NCBI GenBank assembly: GCA_044228435.1
Contig: JBGAUW010000007.1
Span: 158,989-222,988, forward strand
Origin: Chitinophagales bacterium
GTDB lineage: Bacteria; Bacteroidota; Bacteroidia; Chitinophagales; LD1
Length of the DNA: 64,000 nt
Direction: 5' to 3'
Shown: piece by piece, positions 9,271-21,167 of the stretch
How the letters are laid out: every line of letters starts with the position of its first letter
Position numbering within the stretch: the first letter of the stretch is position 1
Notes under the pieces: model-generated
Database searches by the model: none
Told to the model about the DNA's origin: nothing
What the model saw: only the letters and a program-made list of their open reading frames with translations
Program-made: the position numbers and the translations under genes

Positions 9271-12200
9271 TTATTTGTAAAACCAAATACGCATTAATGA
9301 AAGCAGCTGATCAATTTTAAGTGGCTTGGTAATGTAATCCGAAGCACCTGCCTCAATACATTTTTGGCGGTCGCCTTTCATAGCCTTGGCGGTAACAGCT
9401 ATAATTGGCAACGTACTGTTTTTATGCTCACGCCGTATTTTTTGAGTGGTTTCGTAACCGTCCATTTCCGGCATCATAATATCCATCAGCACCATCTCCA
9501 CATTAGGGTTTTCATTTAATATAGCAATGGCTTCTTTCCCGCTTTCTGCCGTAATTGCGTTAATGTTATACCTTTCAAATACGGTGGTTAGCGCAAACAG
9601 GTTACGCACATCATCATCTACCACCAATATATTTTTACCGGTAAGTATATCTTCTTTGCGCCTGTTGTTTTCTATAATCTTTTTCTTTTCCGGCGCCAGC
9701 GATTTATGCATAATGTGCAGGTGCAACACGGTTTCTTCTAAAAGTGTTTCTAATGAACTTACTCCTTTTAATAAAACAGTATTACTGTTTCGGTTTATCA
9801 GCCGCAATTCGTTCTTATCGAAATCGCGGGCAGAATAAACAACGATAGGTGTTAGCTTGCCTTTGCTTTCAGCAACCTTACCAATCAACTCCGAACCGGC
9901 CATATCAGGCAGTGTGTAATCGAGTATAATGCACTCAAAATCTCTTTCGGCAATTAAATCAAGTGCCTTTTTAGCCGTAGCAGCAATTGAAACCCGGATG
10001 TTGTCATCCTCCAGCACCTTTGCTATCTGCGACGATTCCAGTTCATTATCTTCAATAACCAATACGCTCTTGGTTTCTTTCTTGTTATAATTTACTATAT
10101 CAGTAAACAACTCTTTAAGCGATTCGTTCTCGAGTGGTTTTAGCAAGAAACTGCGGGCACCGCGCTTAAGCGCCAACATCCTGTTCTCCTCACCCGATAT
10201 CAGGTGAATTGGAATATGGCGATAATTCAAATCGTTGCGCAATAGTTCCAAAACCTTCCAGCCACTGGTATCGGGCAGCTTAACATCCAGTGTAATAGCA
10301 ATTGGGGCAAAACGGTTTATAAAATCAAACACCTCTATATAACTGATCGCCACCACCGCTTTTAATCCTGTCTCGTGCGATTTATCAATGAGAATCTTCG
10401 CAAAGCGGGAATCATCTTCTACTATCAGTACTACCCTATCGCCCATTTGCACATTACCACGATCATCGCCAGATTCGTTAATCATTTCATTAACGTTGTT
10501 TTTGCTGGATTCTATTCCCTGGCTGGTTATACGTATTGAGTTTAGTAACGTATCGATATCTCCGCTTCCGCTAACCTGCAATTGTTGCATGGCATTAATA
10601 CTATCTGAAGCTTCGCGCGGAACCAATTCAGTTACGCTTTCTACCGGTAAGAAGAGAGTAAATGTACTTCCGCTTCCGGGCGAACTTTCCAGTTCAATAG
10701 TTCCTCCCAATAGTTCGGCCAAGCCACGGCTGATAGAAAGCCCTAAACCGGTACCGCCATACTTACGACTGGTAGAACCCTCCGCTTGCTGGAAAGCTTC
10801 GAATATGATATTCTGCTTTTCCTGTGGTATACCAATACCGGTATCGTTAATGGCAAAGGCTACTACTTTGCCGGCATTATCCAGGCTCGGGTTCCCCGGT
10901 TTCCAGTTCTTTTTAGCCTCATAAATTTTCAACTTAACCTCACCCTTCTCGGTAAATTTAAATGAGTTAGAAAGTAGATTTTTCAAAATCTGGTTCAAGC
11001 GTTGTAAGTCGGTTTCCATTGTTATTGGCAGCTGCTTATCCGTATCGATAGTAAACTTAAGGTGTTTGGCTTCCGAAATTGGTTTGAATGTAGTTTCTAC
11101 AAAAGCTGCGATTTCGCTAAAGCGAACCGGCGAAATATTGGCGGTAATAAAGCCCGATTCGATTTTAGAAAGATCGAGGATATCATTGATAAGCTGGATA
11201 AGGTCATCGCCGCAACTGTGTATCGTTTTGGCATAGCGTATTTGCTTATCGTTCAGGTTGCCCTCCGCATTTTCATACAACTGCTGTGCAAGAATCAATA
11301 AGCTATTCAGCGGCGTTCTTAACTCGTGGCTCATATTGGCAAGGAACTCCGATTTATACTTGGAAGTAAGCGTTAGCTGTTCTGCTTTTTCCTCCAACGA
11401 TTTACGCGCCTCTTCCACCTCTTTGTTCTTAGCTTCCACCTCATCTTTTTGCTTAACAAGTAGTAAGGCCTTATCCTGCAACTCGTCGTTTGTTCTGCGT
11501 AACTCTTCCTGCTGTATTTTCAACTCACCGGCCAGCGATTGCGACTGTGCCAACAACTCTTCTGTTCTGGTGTTGGTTTCAATGGTATTCAATACTATAC
11601 CTATCGACTCCGTTAGCTGGCTCAACAATTCTAAGTGCGTTTCGCTAAAGTCATCCAGCGAGGCAAGTTCAATTACCGCCTTTACGTTATTTTCGAACAA
11701 CACTGGTAGAATGATAAGGTTAGCCGGCCTTGCCTTACCTAGCCCCGAAGAGATTTTAATATAATCTTTAGGGACGTTGGTAAGCAAAATTCTTTCTTTC
11801 TCAAACGCCACCTGGCCCACCAAACCTTCACCTATCGAAAACTCACTTGGTATGTTTTTATCGGATTTATAGCCGTAAGCTGCAAACATTTTCAGCTTAA
11901 AGTTTTGCGTTTCTTCATCCTGCTTTAAAATGTAGAAGGCACCATAGTGGGCGGTTACCACCTGCGCCAACTCCGAAAGAATACGCTGTGTTACCGTATT
12001 CAAATCCTTTTGGCCCTGTAACATCTGTGTAAACTTGGCAAGGTTTGATTTTAACCAATCCTGCTCCTGGTTACGCAAAGTAGTTTCCTTCAGGTTCGTA
12101 ATCATTTGGTTGATGGTATCCTTCAAGGCCTCCACCTCTCCTTTCGCTTCTACCCGTATAGTTCGTGTTAAGTCACCCTTTGCCACCGCGGTAGATACCT

Positions 12201-15200
12201 CAGAAATTGAACGTACCTGCGTGGTTAGGTTTTGCGCCAGCTGGTTTACGTTTTCCGTTAAGTTTTTCCATATACCCGAGGCCCCCGGCACCGATGCCTG
12301 GCCCCCCAGTTTTCCATCTACCCCTACTTCCCGCGCAACCGTAGTTACCTGGTCGGCAAATACCGCCAGGGTTTCAATCATTTCATTAATCGTATCCGTT
12401 AACTGCGCCACCTCACCCTTCGCATTGATGGACAGTTTTTGACGAAGGTTACCGGTTGCTACCGATGTTACCACCTTGGCAATACCGCGCACCTGGCTTG
12501 TAAGGTTCGAAGCCATCATGTTTACTGAGTCGGTCAAATCTTTCCACGTTCCCGCAACACCTTTTACCTCGGCCTGACCTCCCAGTTTACCTTCCGTACC
12601 TACCTCACGTGCCACACGCGTAACCTCAAAGGCGAAGGAGTTCAACTGCTCCACCATCGTGTTTATCGTATTCTTCAAATCCAAAATTTCGCCCTTAACG
12701 TCGATAGCCACGGTTTTACTTAAGTCCCCCGATGCCACCGCTTTGGTTACCTGTGCAATATTACGCACCTGTGCCGTTAGGTTACCCGTCATTTGGTTTA
12801 CCGAGTCCGTTAAATCCTTCCACGTTCCCGCAACACCCGGCACGAAGGCCTGCCCTCCAAGCTTACCATCTGTTCCCACCTCGCGCGCAACCCGCGTTAC
12901 CTCCGATGCAAACGCCCGCAGCTGATCCACCATCGTGTTCAGCGTTTCTTTTAACTGGAGGATTTCTCCGCGCACGTCCACCGTAATCTTCTTACTCATA
13001 TCCCCGTTAGCAACCGCCACCGCCACATCGGCAATGTTACGCACCTGGGCTGTAAGGTTACCCGCCATCTGGTTTACAGAGTCGGTCAAATCCTTCCATG
13101 TTCCCGCAACACCCGGTACGTTGGCCTGTCCGCCCAACCGGCCTTCGGTTCCCACCTCACGCGCAACACGCGTAACCTCCGATGCAAAACCACGCAACTG
13201 ATCCACCATCGTATTAATGGTATTCTTCAACTCCAAAATTTCTCCCTTCACATCCACACCAATTTTACGGCTCAGGTCACCATTCGCCACCGCCGTTGTT
13301 ACCTCGGCAATGTTCCGCACCTGGCTCGTTAAGTTCGACGCCATTTTATTTACCGAGTCCGTTAAGTCTTTCCATGTTCCACCCACACCCGGTACGTCCG
13401 CTTGTCCACCAAGCTTTCCTTCGCTACCTACCTCACGTGCAACCCGCGTTACCTCCGACCCAAACGAGTTCAGCTGATCCACCATCGTGTTAATGGTATT
13501 TTTCAACTCTAGGATTTCTCCTTTCACGTCCACCGTAATCTTTCTTGATAAGTCACCCTTCGCCACCGCCGTTGTTACCTCGGCAATGTTCCGCACCTGG
13601 CCTGTTAAGTTACTTGCCATCTGGTTTACCGAGTCGGTCAAATCTTTCCATACACCACCCACGCCTTCCACCGTCGCCTGTCCGCCCAGTTTACCTTCGC
13701 TACCAACCTCGCGCGCAACCCGCGTTACCTCCGATGCAAAACCACGCAACTGGTCCACCATCGTATTAATCGTATTCTTCAACTCCAAAATTTCTCCCTT
13801 CACATCCACCCCAATCTTACGGCTCAAGTCACCATTCGCCACCGCCGTGGTTACCTCCGCAATGTTTCGCACCTGGCCCGTTAGGTTCGATGCCATCTGG
13901 TTTACCGAGTCCGTTAAATCTTTCCACGTTCCACCCACACCGGTTACCTCAGCTTGTCCTCCCAACTTACCTTCCGTACCCACCTCCAGCGCCACACGCG
14001 TTACTTCCGACGCAAACGAGTTCAGCTGATCCACCATCGTGTTAATGGTCTTCTTCAACTCCAAAATTTCTCCCTTCACGTCCACCGTTATCTTTCTCGA
14101 TAAGTCACCCTTTGCCACCGCCGTTGTTACTTCGGCAATATTCCGCACCTGGCCCGTTAAGTTCGACGCCATTTGGTTTACCGAATCGGTCAAATCTTTC
14201 CATACACCACCTACCCCTACCACCGTAGCCTGACCACCCAGTTTACCTTCGCTACCTACCTCACGTGCCACACGCGTTACTTCCGATGCGAATGAGTTTA
14301 GCTGATCCACCATCGTATTAATCGTGTTCTTCAACTCAAGGATTTCTCCGCGCACGTCCACCGTAATTTTTCTCGAAAGGTCACCCTTCGCCAAACCGGT
14401 GGTTACCTCCGCAATATTCCGCACCTGGCCCGTTAAGTTCGATGCCATCTGGTTTACCGAGTCAGTCAAATCTTTCCATACACCACCTACCCCTTTCACC
14501 GTTGCCTGTCCGCCCAGTTTACCTTCGCTACCCACCTCACGCGCAACACGGGTTACCTCGCTACCGAATGAGTTCAGCTGATCCACCATCGTGTTAATGG
14601 TATTCTTCAACTCCAAAATTTCTCCCTTTACATCCACCGTAATTTTACGGCTCAAGTCACCCCTTGCCACCGCCGTTGTTACCTCGGCAATGTTCCGCAC
14701 CTGCGCGGTAAGGTTACTACCCATCTGGTTTACCGAGTCCGTCAAATCCTTCCATACACCACCTACCCCTTTCACCTTCGCCTGTCCGCCCAGTTTACCC
14801 TCGCTACCTACCTCACGCGCCACACGAGTTACCTCGGCAGAGAACGAGTTTAGCTGATCCACCATCGTATTAATCGTATTCTTCAACTCCAAAATTTCTC
14901 CCTTCACGTCCACCGTAATCTGGCGGCTCAAGTCACCCTTTGCCACCGCCGTTGTTACCTCGGCAATGTTCCGCACCTGGCCCGTTAAGTTCGATGCCAT
15001 CTGGTTTACCGAATCCGTTAAATCTTTCCACGTTCCTGCCACACCTTTTACGTGCGCCTGCCCGCCCAGCTTACCTTCTGTTCCCACCTCCAGCGCCACA
15101 CGCGTTACCTCCGATGAGAAGGAATTCAGCTGATCCACCATCGTATTAATGGTGTTCTTCAATTCTAAAATTTCACCCTTAACGTCCACGGTAATCTTAC

Positions 15201-16008
15201 GGCTCAAGTCACCCTTTGCCACCGCCGTCGTCACCTCGGCAATGTTCCGCACTTGGCCCGTTAAGTTCGAGGCCATTTGGTTTACCGAGTCGGTCAAATC
15301 TTTCCATACACCGGCCACACCCTTCACCTTCGCCTGCCCTCCCAGTTTACCCTCTGTTCCCACCTCCAACGCCACACGCGTTACCTCGGCCGAGAATAGG
15401 TTAAGCTGCTTCACCATGTCATTCACCTCTTTGGCAATACGCGCAAACTCACCCTCCAATATGTGGCCACCAATTTCCTGGCTCATTTGCTGGCTAAGGT
15501 TGCCTTTTGCCACCGAACTGATAACGTGTGCAATTTCGATAGTAGGGTGCACCAAATCCGATATAAGCGTGTTTAGCGATTCAACACCGGTCTTCCAATC
15601 GCCACGCGCTTCGGGCAACTGAATACGCTGGGTTAGTTTACCTTGCTTACCAATGGTATTGCCTGCCTTGGTAAACTCCTGCATCATTTTCGAGTTCATC
15701 GAAATAATCTCGTTCAGGGTATCACATATTTTACCACTTACACCTATCTGGTCAATAGGCATGCGTACATTAAAATTGCCGTTCTTAATTTCGGTAAGTA
15801 CGGCAAGCAATTCGCGGTGGTCTACCACATCCAGTGTTTCTTTTACCGGCGGGTCTATATCAATATCTATTTTTCGTGTCTTATTTCTCCTTTTTGGTTC
15901 ACCGGTAATCTGTATTCCGGCACCCTTAGTTAGTGCTTCTGCCCCATTTCCGTTGGCATGATTCTTTATTCCATTCCCATTAATAGCACTTGTAGTTTTC
16001 TTTGCCAT
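9271..16008 (-). CDS. Cytoplasmic poly-HAMP hybrid histidine kinase (HAMP array-GAF-coiled coil-HisKA-HATPase-3xREC)
   Basis: Twelve W-K-(D/N)-L-T-(D/E)-(S/N)-V-N motifs at 92-aa spacing, a GAF domain (GEGLVGQVA), H-box [22 protein letters not shown] and three receiver domains. No TM segment. Start at 16008 (MAKKTT) preferred over 16170. Confidence 0.93.
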   Translation of the reverse strand: MAKKTTSAINGNGIKNHANGNGAEALTKGAGIQITGEPKRRNKTRKIDIDIDPPVKETLDVVDHRELLAVLTEIKNGNFNVRMPIDQIGVSGKICDTLNEIISMNSKMMQEFTKAGNTIGKQGKLTQRIQLPEARGDWKTGVESLNTLISDLVHPTIEIAHVISSVAKGNLSQQMSQEIGGHILEGEFARIAKEVNDMVKQLNLFSAEVTRVALEVGTEGKLGGQAKVKGVAGVWKDLTDSVNQMASNLTGQVRNIAEVTTAVAKGDLSRKITVDVKGEILELKNTINTMVDQLNSFSSEVTRVALEVGTEGKLGGQAHVKGVAGTWKDLTDSVNQMASNLTGQVRNIAEVTTAVAKGDLSRQITVDVKGEILELKNTINTMVDQLNSFSAEVTRVAREVGSEGKLGGQAKVKGVGGVWKDLTDSVNQMGSNLTAQVRNIAEVTTAVARGDLSRKITVDVKGEILELKNTINTMVDQLNSFGSEVTRVAREVGSEGKLGGQATVKGVGGVWKDLTDSVNQMASNLTGQVRNIAEVTTGLAKGDLSRKITVDVRGEILELKNTINTMVDQLNSFASEVTRVAREVGSEGKLGGQATVVGVGGVWKDLTDSVNQMASNLTGQVRNIAEVTTAVAKGDLSRKITVDVKGEILELKKTINTMVDQLNSFASEVTRVALEVGTEGKLGGQAEVTGVGGTWKDLTDSVNQMASNLTGQVRNIAEVTTAVANGDLSRKIGVDVKGEILELKNTINTMVDQLRGFASEVTRVAREVGSEGKLGGQATVEGVGGVWKDLTDSVNQMASNLTGQVRNIAEVTTAVAKGDLSRKITVDVKGEILELKNTINTMVDQLNSFGSEVTRVAREVGSEGKLGGQADVPGVGGTWKDLTDSVNKMASNLTSQVRNIAEVTTAVANGDLSRKIGVDVKGEILELKNTINTMVDQLRGFASEVTRVAREVGTEGRLGGQANVPGVAGTWKDLTDSVNQMAGNLTAQVRNIADVAVAVANGDMSKKITVDVRGEILQLKETLNTMVDQLRAFASEVTRVAREVGTDGKLGGQAFVPGVAGTWKDLTDSVNQMTGNLTAQVRNIAQVTKAVASGDLSKTVAIDVKGEILDLKNTINTMVEQLNSFAFEVTRVAREVGTEGKLGGQAEVKGVAGTWKDLTDSVNMMASNLTSQVRGIAKVVTSVATGNLRQKLSINAKGEVAQLTDTINEMIETLAVFADQVTTVAREVGVDGKLGGQASVPGASGIWKNLTENVNQLAQNLTTQVRSISEVSTAVAKGDLTRTIRVEAKGEVEALKDTINQMITNLKETTLRNQEQDWLKSNLAKFTQMLQGQKDLNTVTQRILSELAQVVTAHYGAFYILKQDEETQNFKLKMFAAYGYKSDKNIPSEFSIGEGLVGQVAFEKERILLTNVPKDYIKISSGLGKARPANLIILPVLFENNVKAVIELASLDDFSETHLELLSQLTESIGIVLNTIETNTRTEELLAQSQSLAGELKIQQEELRRTNDELQDKALLLVKQKDEVEAKNKEVEEARKSLEEKAEQLTLTSKYKSEFLANMSHELRTPLNSLLILAQQLYENAEGNLNDKQIRYAKTIHSCGDDLIQLINDILDLSKIESGFITANISPVRFSEIAAFVETTFKPISEAKHLKFTIDTDKQLPITMETDLQRLNQILKNLLSNSFKFTEKGEVKLKIYEAKKNWKPGNPSLDNAGKVVAFAINDTGIGIPQEKQNIIFEAFQQAEGSTSRKYGGTGLGLSISRGLAELLGGTIELESSPGSGSTFTLFLPVESVTELVPREASDSINAMQQLQVSGSGDIDTLLNSIRITSQGIESSKNNVNEMINESGDDRGNVQMGDRVVLIVEDDSRFAKILIDKSHETGLKAVVAISYIEVFDFINRFAPIAITLDVKLPDTSGWKVLELLRNDLNYRHIPIHLISGEENRMLALKRGARSFLLKPLENESLKELFTDIVNYNKKETKSVLVIEDNELESSQIAKVLEDDNIRVSIAATAKKALDLIAERDFECIILDYTLPDMAGSELIGKVAESKGKLTPIVVYSARDFDKNELRLINRNSNTVLLKGVSSLETLLEETVLHLHIMHKSLAPEKKKIIENNRRKEDILTGKNILVVDDDVRNLFALTTVFERYNINAITAESGKEAIAILNENPNVEMVLMDIMMPEMDGYETTQKIRREHKNSTLPIIAVTAKAMKGDRQKCIEAGASDYITKPLKIDQLLSLMRIWFYK
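12110..15520 (-). repeat. Intragenic tandem repeat, 276-bp unit (92-aa HAMP pair), about 12 copies
   Basis: The WKDLTDSVN-encoding segment recurs from ~15290 down to ~12255, a span of 11 x 276 bp. Boundaries are approximate. Confidence 0.9.
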
Positions 16009-16325
16009 ACACAAAAAAGTTGGGTTTACAATATGTTTAGTGTGGAATGCAGAGAAAATTATGCCACCCTTTTTCCCCAATAAAAAACTACGTTTTGAGA
16101 GGAGAATGTAAATTTTAAACAAAATCCAGCGGTGGAAATTTTGGGGAATTAAATGCCCCAAATGCAACATATTTGTGTGGTAGTAATTTGTTCAATTTTC
16201 CCCAATTTATAAATAGCATATCAGCCTAAGGCTGCATGCATTACAAAAAATGATTAAAATTATTTGCCAAGAGTAAACGCAGTTGCTCAATAGGAAACGA
16301 CAAAACGCAAAAAGTACAACTTTTA

Positions 16326-16694
16326 TTATGATTTATTGGTAGCAGTAAAACCTAACGCTTCCTGCACAGAGTTAAAGGAGAAAGGTTTGGCCAAAAACAA
16401 ATCGGCGCCTAAAGCCAGGGCTTCTTCATTGTGCGCATCCATTGCGGTTATAAATATAATAAGGGCAGAAGGCAAGGCTCTTCTTATTTCGCTTATAGTG
16501 TTAAGGCCGTGACCATCCGGTAAGTTGTTATCTAAAAAAACTACATCGGGCTTAAACTCTGTAACTAACTGCTTACCCAGTTTAAGCGTTTGCGCCGATT
16601 TAACCTGTGGTATTAATATACTTACTACCGATGTAAGCATAGTGCATAAATCGGCATCATCATCAATAATCAAAGCTTTAGTAAAAACTGTCAC
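16326..16694 (-). CDS. Single-domain response regulator
   Basis: LIIDDD, FLDNNLPDG, ITA and KPF receiver motifs. Confidence 0.88.
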   Translation of the reverse strand: MTVFTKALIIDDDADLCTMLTSVVSILIPQVKSAQTLKLGKQLVTEFKPDVVFLDNNLPDGHGLNTISEIRRALPSALIIFITAMDAHNEEALALGADLFLAKPFSFNSVQEALGFTATNKS

Positions 16695-16930
16695 TACTTA
16701 CATGTATTTAAATAAGGCCACAAAAAAATAAACCTTCTAATTGCTTAACAAAACAAACTGTAACAAGTTCGGGCGCACCATTTATTTTTGTTGCCGTTAA
16801 AATTAGTACAACAAAGTATGGGCGTTGGTGCGCTTAATGCAAAAGTTATTCCACACCTAAAAGTACCATGTTTACTATCCAAAGCAGTATTTGGTTAAAT
16901 ACCAATTGCCATAAACCATAAGCCTTTTGC

Positions 16931-16946
16931 GGGCACGGCTTTAGCA
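16931..16946 (+). promoter_or_regulatory. Putative sigma-54 (-24/-12) promoter
   Basis: GGGCACGGCTTTAGCA gives GG-N10-GC with a GGCACG -24 element, just upstream of the lipoprotein ATG at 16958. Confidence 0.35.
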
Positions 16947-16957
16947 GTCTTTACTTT

Positions 16958-17269
16958 ATGAAAAATTTAAGCCTTGCTGCCTTACTATTCGTTTTATTAG
17001 GTTTAGGGGCCTGCAGTAAACCGGCAGATTGCGAAACTTATAATACAGGAACTTTAAGATTGGTAAATACCAGCAGTGCGCAGGTAAGAGTTTATTTGGA
17101 TAACAATCTGCTAGCCGATGTAAGCCCTAACCAGCAGGTGGAGGTAAATAGCATACCTGTAGGAGTACACCACGTATATGCCGAGCAAAATATAGCACAA
17201 CCCAACTCGTGGGAGAGCGATATAACCGTATTGCGCTGCGACCGGTTAAATGTTGCTTTTACGCCTTAG
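16958..17269 (+). CDS. Small lipoprotein, Ig/PEGA-like beta fold
   Basis: Lipobox LGA|C and a beta-rich mature part (GTLRLVN...VYLD...IPVGVHHV). Confidence 0.75.
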   Translation: MKNLSLAALLFVLLGLGACSKPADCETYNTGTLRLVNTSSAQVRVYLDNNLLADVSPNQQVEVNSIPVGVHHVYAEQNIAQPNSWESDITVLRCDRLNVAFTP

Positions 17270-17277
17270 TTAATAGC

Positions 17278-18819
17278 TTACAATGGTATATTGCCGTGTT
17301 TTTTACGCGGTAATTTAACGGCCTTATTTTCCGTCATTTTAAAGGCGCGTATCAGCTTGGCCCGTGTTTGCGAAGGTTCAATAACCTCATCCACAAATCC
17401 GCGTGCGGCGGCTTTATAAGGGTTGGCGAAATTTTCGGCGTAGTTATCTACCACCTCTTTAAGTTTGGCAGCAGGGTCGGTTGCAGACTGTATTTCGCGC
17501 TTAAAAATGATTTCAGAGGCTCCCTTGGCTCCCATTACGGCAATTTCGGCATTAGGCCAGGCGTAGTTCATATCGGCGCCTATGTGCTTGCTGTTCATTA
17601 CGTCGTAAGCGCCTCCATAGGCCTTGCGCACAATAACGGTAAGCTTTGGTACTGTAGCCTCGCTAAAAGCATACAACAGCTTAGCGCCGTTAGTTATAAT
17701 GCCATGCCACTCCTGGTCGGTGCCCGGTAAAAAGCCCGGCACATCTACAAGGGTAAGTAATGGGATATTAAAGCAATCGCAAAAGCGCACAAAGCGCGCA
17801 CCTTTTTTACTGGAATTTATATCTAACACACCGGCTAATACAGCTGGCTGATTAGCTACCACGCCAATACTACGGCCGGCAATGCGGGCAAAGCCTACCA
17901 CTAAGTTTTCGGCATAATCTTTATGTACTTCAAAAAACGATTCGCCATCTACTATCTCTTGTATTACTTCGCGTATATCGTATGGCTGATTAGGGTTAGC
18001 CGGTATAATGCTGTTTAGTTTAGGGCGGCTTTCATCGTTGCCCTCATAATCTAAAGCAGGTGCTGCTTCATCGCAGTTTTGCGGCATATAGCTTACCAGC
18101 TTTTTAATGTTGTTTATACACTCCACTTCATTAGCATAAGTAAAGTGGGTTACACCGCTTTTGCTGGCATGCGCTGCTGCACCGCCAAGTTCTTCGCTGG
18201 TTACATCTTCGTGCGTTACGGTTTTAACCACGTTAGGGCCTGTTACAAACATGTAAGAGGTCTGTTCTACCATCATAATAAAATCGGTAATAGCGGGCGA
18301 ATAAACCGCTCCACCTGCGCATGGCCCCATAATGGCCGATATTTGCGGTATTACGCCGCTGGCTACCGTGTTGCGATAAAAAATATCGGCGTAGCCGCCT
18401 AACGATACTACCCCTTCCTGTATCCGTGCACCGCCTGAATCGTTCAGGCCAATTACCGGTGCTCCGTTCTTCATAGCCAGATCCATTATTTTGCAAATCT
18501 TCTCGGCGTGCGTTTCAGATAGCGAACCGCCAAACACAGTAAAGTCCTGCGAAAAGACATATACAATACGGCCTTCGATAGTGCCGTAACCAGTTACAAC
18601 ACCATCGCCTAAATAAACCTCTTTGTCTATACCAAAGTCTTTAGCCCTGTGCTCTACAAGGGCGCCTATTTCTTCAAAGCTGCCGGCATCTAATAATAAA
18701 TCGAGGCGCTCGCGGGCGGTTAACTTGCCTTTTTTGTGCTGGTCATCAATTCGTTTTTGCCCTCCGCCAAGCAGAGCCTGTGCATTTTTTGCCTGTAACT
18801 TTTCTATTTGCTCTTTCAT
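17278..18819 (-). CDS. pccB: Acyl-CoA carboxylase carboxyltransferase (propionyl-CoA carboxylase beta / methylmalonyl-CoA decarboxylase alpha)
   Basis: [44 protein letters not shown] and C-terminal KKHGNIPL. Confidence 0.93.
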   Translation of the reverse strand: MKEQIEKLQAKNAQALLGGGQKRIDDQHKKGKLTARERLDLLLDAGSFEEIGALVEHRAKDFGIDKEVYLGDGVVTGYGTIEGRIVYVFSQDFTVFGGSLSETHAEKICKIMDLAMKNGAPVIGLNDSGGARIQEGVVSLGGYADIFYRNTVASGVIPQISAIMGPCAGGAVYSPAITDFIMMVEQTSYMFVTGPNVVKTVTHEDVTSEELGGAAAHASKSGVTHFTYANEVECINNIKKLVSYMPQNCDEAAPALDYEGNDESRPKLNSIIPANPNQPYDIREVIQEIVDGESFFEVHKDYAENLVVGFARIAGRSIGVVANQPAVLAGVLDINSSKKGARFVRFCDCFNIPLLTLVDVPGFLPGTDQEWHGIITNGAKLLYAFSEATVPKLTVIVRKAYGGAYDVMNSKHIGADMNYAWPNAEIAVMGAKGASEIIFKREIQSATDPAAKLKEVVDNYAENFANPYKAAARGFVDEVIEPSQTRAKLIRAFKMTENKAVKLPRKKHGNIPL

Positions 18820-18857
18820 CTCAATATTTTCTATTACAACAATAACCTATTCTATCA

Positions 18858-19358
18858 TTATTTCAACGGCTCCATGCCAAAGGCCATCCATTCTTCGTAT
18901 GCCGGGCCATACATACCTACCACCGGCAAACCCAGTAAGCGCATTATTACCACCAATTCCCCTCTGTGATGCGCCTGGTGGGCAACAAGAATATGTAGGG
19001 TAACCCCGCGTTTCCATTTATCACCATACATTTCGTCCTCTAGCTCTAAAGATGCATCCGTCCATTTAGCAGCTAGTTCCTTCAATAAACTATCCGAGGC
19101 TTTTTCGTACGCACTGTATATTTCTTCGGGTGTCTCGCCGTTGTAGTTTTCCTGCTCCTTGCAGTCAATATGCAGGCCTGTGCGCTCCATCATTTCTTTT
19201 AGCGTATGGGTAATATGCCAGGCTAAAAAGCCGGCAGTTCGCACCCGCTCATTCAATTTTTTATCGAGTACTTCGGGCGTAAGCAGCTTAAATAATTTAA
19301 GTGTGTTTGCACTCTCATACTTCCAATTACTTATAAAATCATCAATGTGTCGATACAT
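18858..19358 (-). CDS. DinB family protein
   Basis: LAWHI and HQAHHRGEL metal-binding His motifs, ending in GMYGP. Confidence 0.88.
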   Translation of the reverse strand: MYRHIDDFISNWKYESANTLKLFKLLTPEVLDKKLNERVRTAGFLAWHITHTLKEMMERTGLHIDCKEQENYNGETPEEIYSAYEKASDSLLKELAAKWTDASLELEDEMYGDKWKRGVTLHILVAHQAHHRGELVVIMRLLGLPVVGMYGPAYEEWMAFGMEPLK

Positions 19359-19386
19359 TTGTATTTAGTTTTAAGCAGATATAAAA

Positions 19387-20679
19387 TCAACTAATTTTCT
19401 CTTTAAATCGTATACCATAGGTTTCCAGTTCGGCCAATATAGGATTATAAATTTCCGGGTACTTAGGCATTAGCACTCCTTTCCTTTTTACATCTCCGTT
19501 CAATATCATTTTGGTTACTATTGCCACCGGCAAGCCTACCGTTTCTGCCATAGCGGTGTGCTCCATATTTTTGCCCAGGCATACCAGCGAGGCTTCCAAT
19601 GTTTTTTTACCTCTTCCGTTTGCGTTGGTATATTCTACCTGGTGTATCATTACCACCATATCTTTATCGTGCGGATGCATTATCCATTGCCCCTCCAGCG
19701 TATGTTGCAGCAATAAAGCGGGTATTACTTTTTCATCGGTCTGCTTGTTTAATAAGGCAACTACCCCGGTGTCGTCAATTAGTGTTTTTACTTGCCTGTC
19801 TTTAATTATCTTTTTATCCGCTAACCGTTTTTTTACACTTGCTTTAAATTCGGCAGTATCACAATAATTCGGATTTGTAAAGCCTAACTGTATTAAGGCA
19901 TTCCAGGCTTTGCAATAGGGTGGTCGCCTTAGTGTTCCCCGGTACATCGTCCTCACTCCGTCCAACCCATACTCTGCAATATATTTTAGCGAGTCGCGGT
20001 TCGGGTAGCTTTCAAACTTTCCAAACCCTTTTACTTTTAACTCTTCAGCCCCGGCAAATAATTGTTCGTATTTCAAATCAACTTTTTTACCCTTGCTCAG
20101 GTAATGTATCCCCCCTTCTCCCTGCCCCGCTAAAATTACGTTTCGAGGGTTCCAGGTAAATTTGTAGTGCCACAGGTTATCGTCGCTTTCGGGGGCCACC
20201 AAACCACCGCAGTGCGATTTAAATCCCTTAATAATCTTCCCTTCTGCCTTTAGCCGGTCAAGCATTTGCATGGCGCTCATGTGGTCTATACCCGGGTCCA
20301 GGCCAATCTCATTCATAAAAATAAGGCCCGCCTTTGCTACTTTATTATGCAGCCCTTTCATGGCATCCGATATATACGAAGGGGTTACTAAATTCTTTTT
20401 GGCCTGCAGGCAATCTTCGGCAAGGGCCAAATGCATTGCTGCCGGCAGCATGCTTATTACAATATCGGCTTTTGCCACCAGGGCCTTGCGCTTTTCTGCC
20501 TTGTTAAAATCAAAGCCAATAGCTTTAGTGCGCGGTCTGCCTTTGGTTTTTTGCAGGGCTTGTGCAGCAGTTATATCGCCCACGGTTAACTGCCAGTTTT
20601 GGCTAACAGCATGTTCAGCCAAATAATCAATTAGGGCTATCGATGATTTTCCTGCACCAAGTATCAGAATGTTACGCAT
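19387..20679 (-). CDS. Saccharopine dehydrogenase family protein
   Basis: ILILGAG Rossmann start (ATG at 20679), EIGLDPGIDHMSA, SHCGGL, YKFTWNPR, YPNRDS and RGTLR. Confidence 0.92.
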   Translation of the reverse strand: MRNILILGAGKSSIALIDYLAEHAVSQNWQLTVGDITAAQALQKTKGRPRTKAIGFDFNKAEKRKALVAKADIVISMLPAAMHLALAEDCLQAKKNLVTPSYISDAMKGLHNKVAKAGLIFMNEIGLDPGIDHMSAMQMLDRLKAEGKIIKGFKSHCGGLVAPESDDNLWHYKFTWNPRNVILAGQGEGGIHYLSKGKKVDLKYEQLFAGAEELKVKGFGKFESYPNRDSLKYIAEYGLDGVRTMYRGTLRRPPYCKAWNALIQLGFTNPNYCDTAEFKASVKKRLADKKIIKDRQVKTLIDDTGVVALLNKQTDEKVIPALLLQHTLEGQWIMHPHDKDMVVMIHQVEYTNANGRGKKTLEASLVCLGKNMEHTAMAETVGLPVAIVTKMILNGDVKRKGVLMPKYPEIYNPILAELETYGIRFKEKIS

Positions 20680-20732
20680 AAGGCTGTACAATAATAGAAA
20701 ATGAATTTCTTTGCGCGCAAAATGTAGCATTT

Positions 20733-21155
20733 ATGATTTGGAAAGTGAAACCCACCCCGGAATTAGTTAAAAGTTTTCCGCGCAAAAGCATGGCCGATTT
20801 TTTGGATATTGAAGTGATTGATGTAGGCGATGATTTTATTACAGCCCGTATGCCCGTTGATGAGCGTACTATGCAGCCATTTGGCTTGCTGCACGGCGGT
20901 GCCTCGGTGGTGTTGGCCGAAACCCTTGGCAGTATTGCCGGCACTTTTTGCGTAGATATTACCAAACAAATGGTGGTTGGGCTGGAAATTAATGCCAACC
21001 ACATACGCAGCGCTAAGGGCGGATTTGTGTATGGAACCGTTAAGCCAATTCATATAGGCTTAACAACCCAGGTTTGGGCTATTGAAATTGTAAACGAGCA
21101 GAAAAAGCTGGTGTGTGTATCGCGCCTAACCTGCGCAGTTAAAAATATTGCCTGA
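20733..21155 (+). CDS. Hotdog-fold thioesterase (MenI/YdiI-like)
   Basis: QPFGLLHGGASVVLAETLGS and VGLEINANH motifs. Confidence 0.9.
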   Translation: MIWKVKPTPELVKSFPRKSMADFLDIEVIDVGDDFITARMPVDERTMQPFGLLHGGASVVLAETLGSIAGTFCVDITKQMVVGLEINANHIRSAKGGFVYGTVKPIHIGLTTQVWAIEIVNEQKKLVCVSRLTCAVKNIA

Positions 21156-21167
21156 TACAAATTTGCC

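Noticed and set aside
9527-15961. Series of + strand ORFs repeating [16 protein letters not shown]...
   Set aside because: These are antisense shadows of the HAMP repeats, with the same 276-bp period and no independent protein features.
16009-16170. 54-aa N-terminal extension of the poly-HAMP kinase
   Set aside because: It crosses AT-rich intergenic-like DNA containing the TTCCCCAA motifs. MAKKTT at 16008 is the more plausible start.
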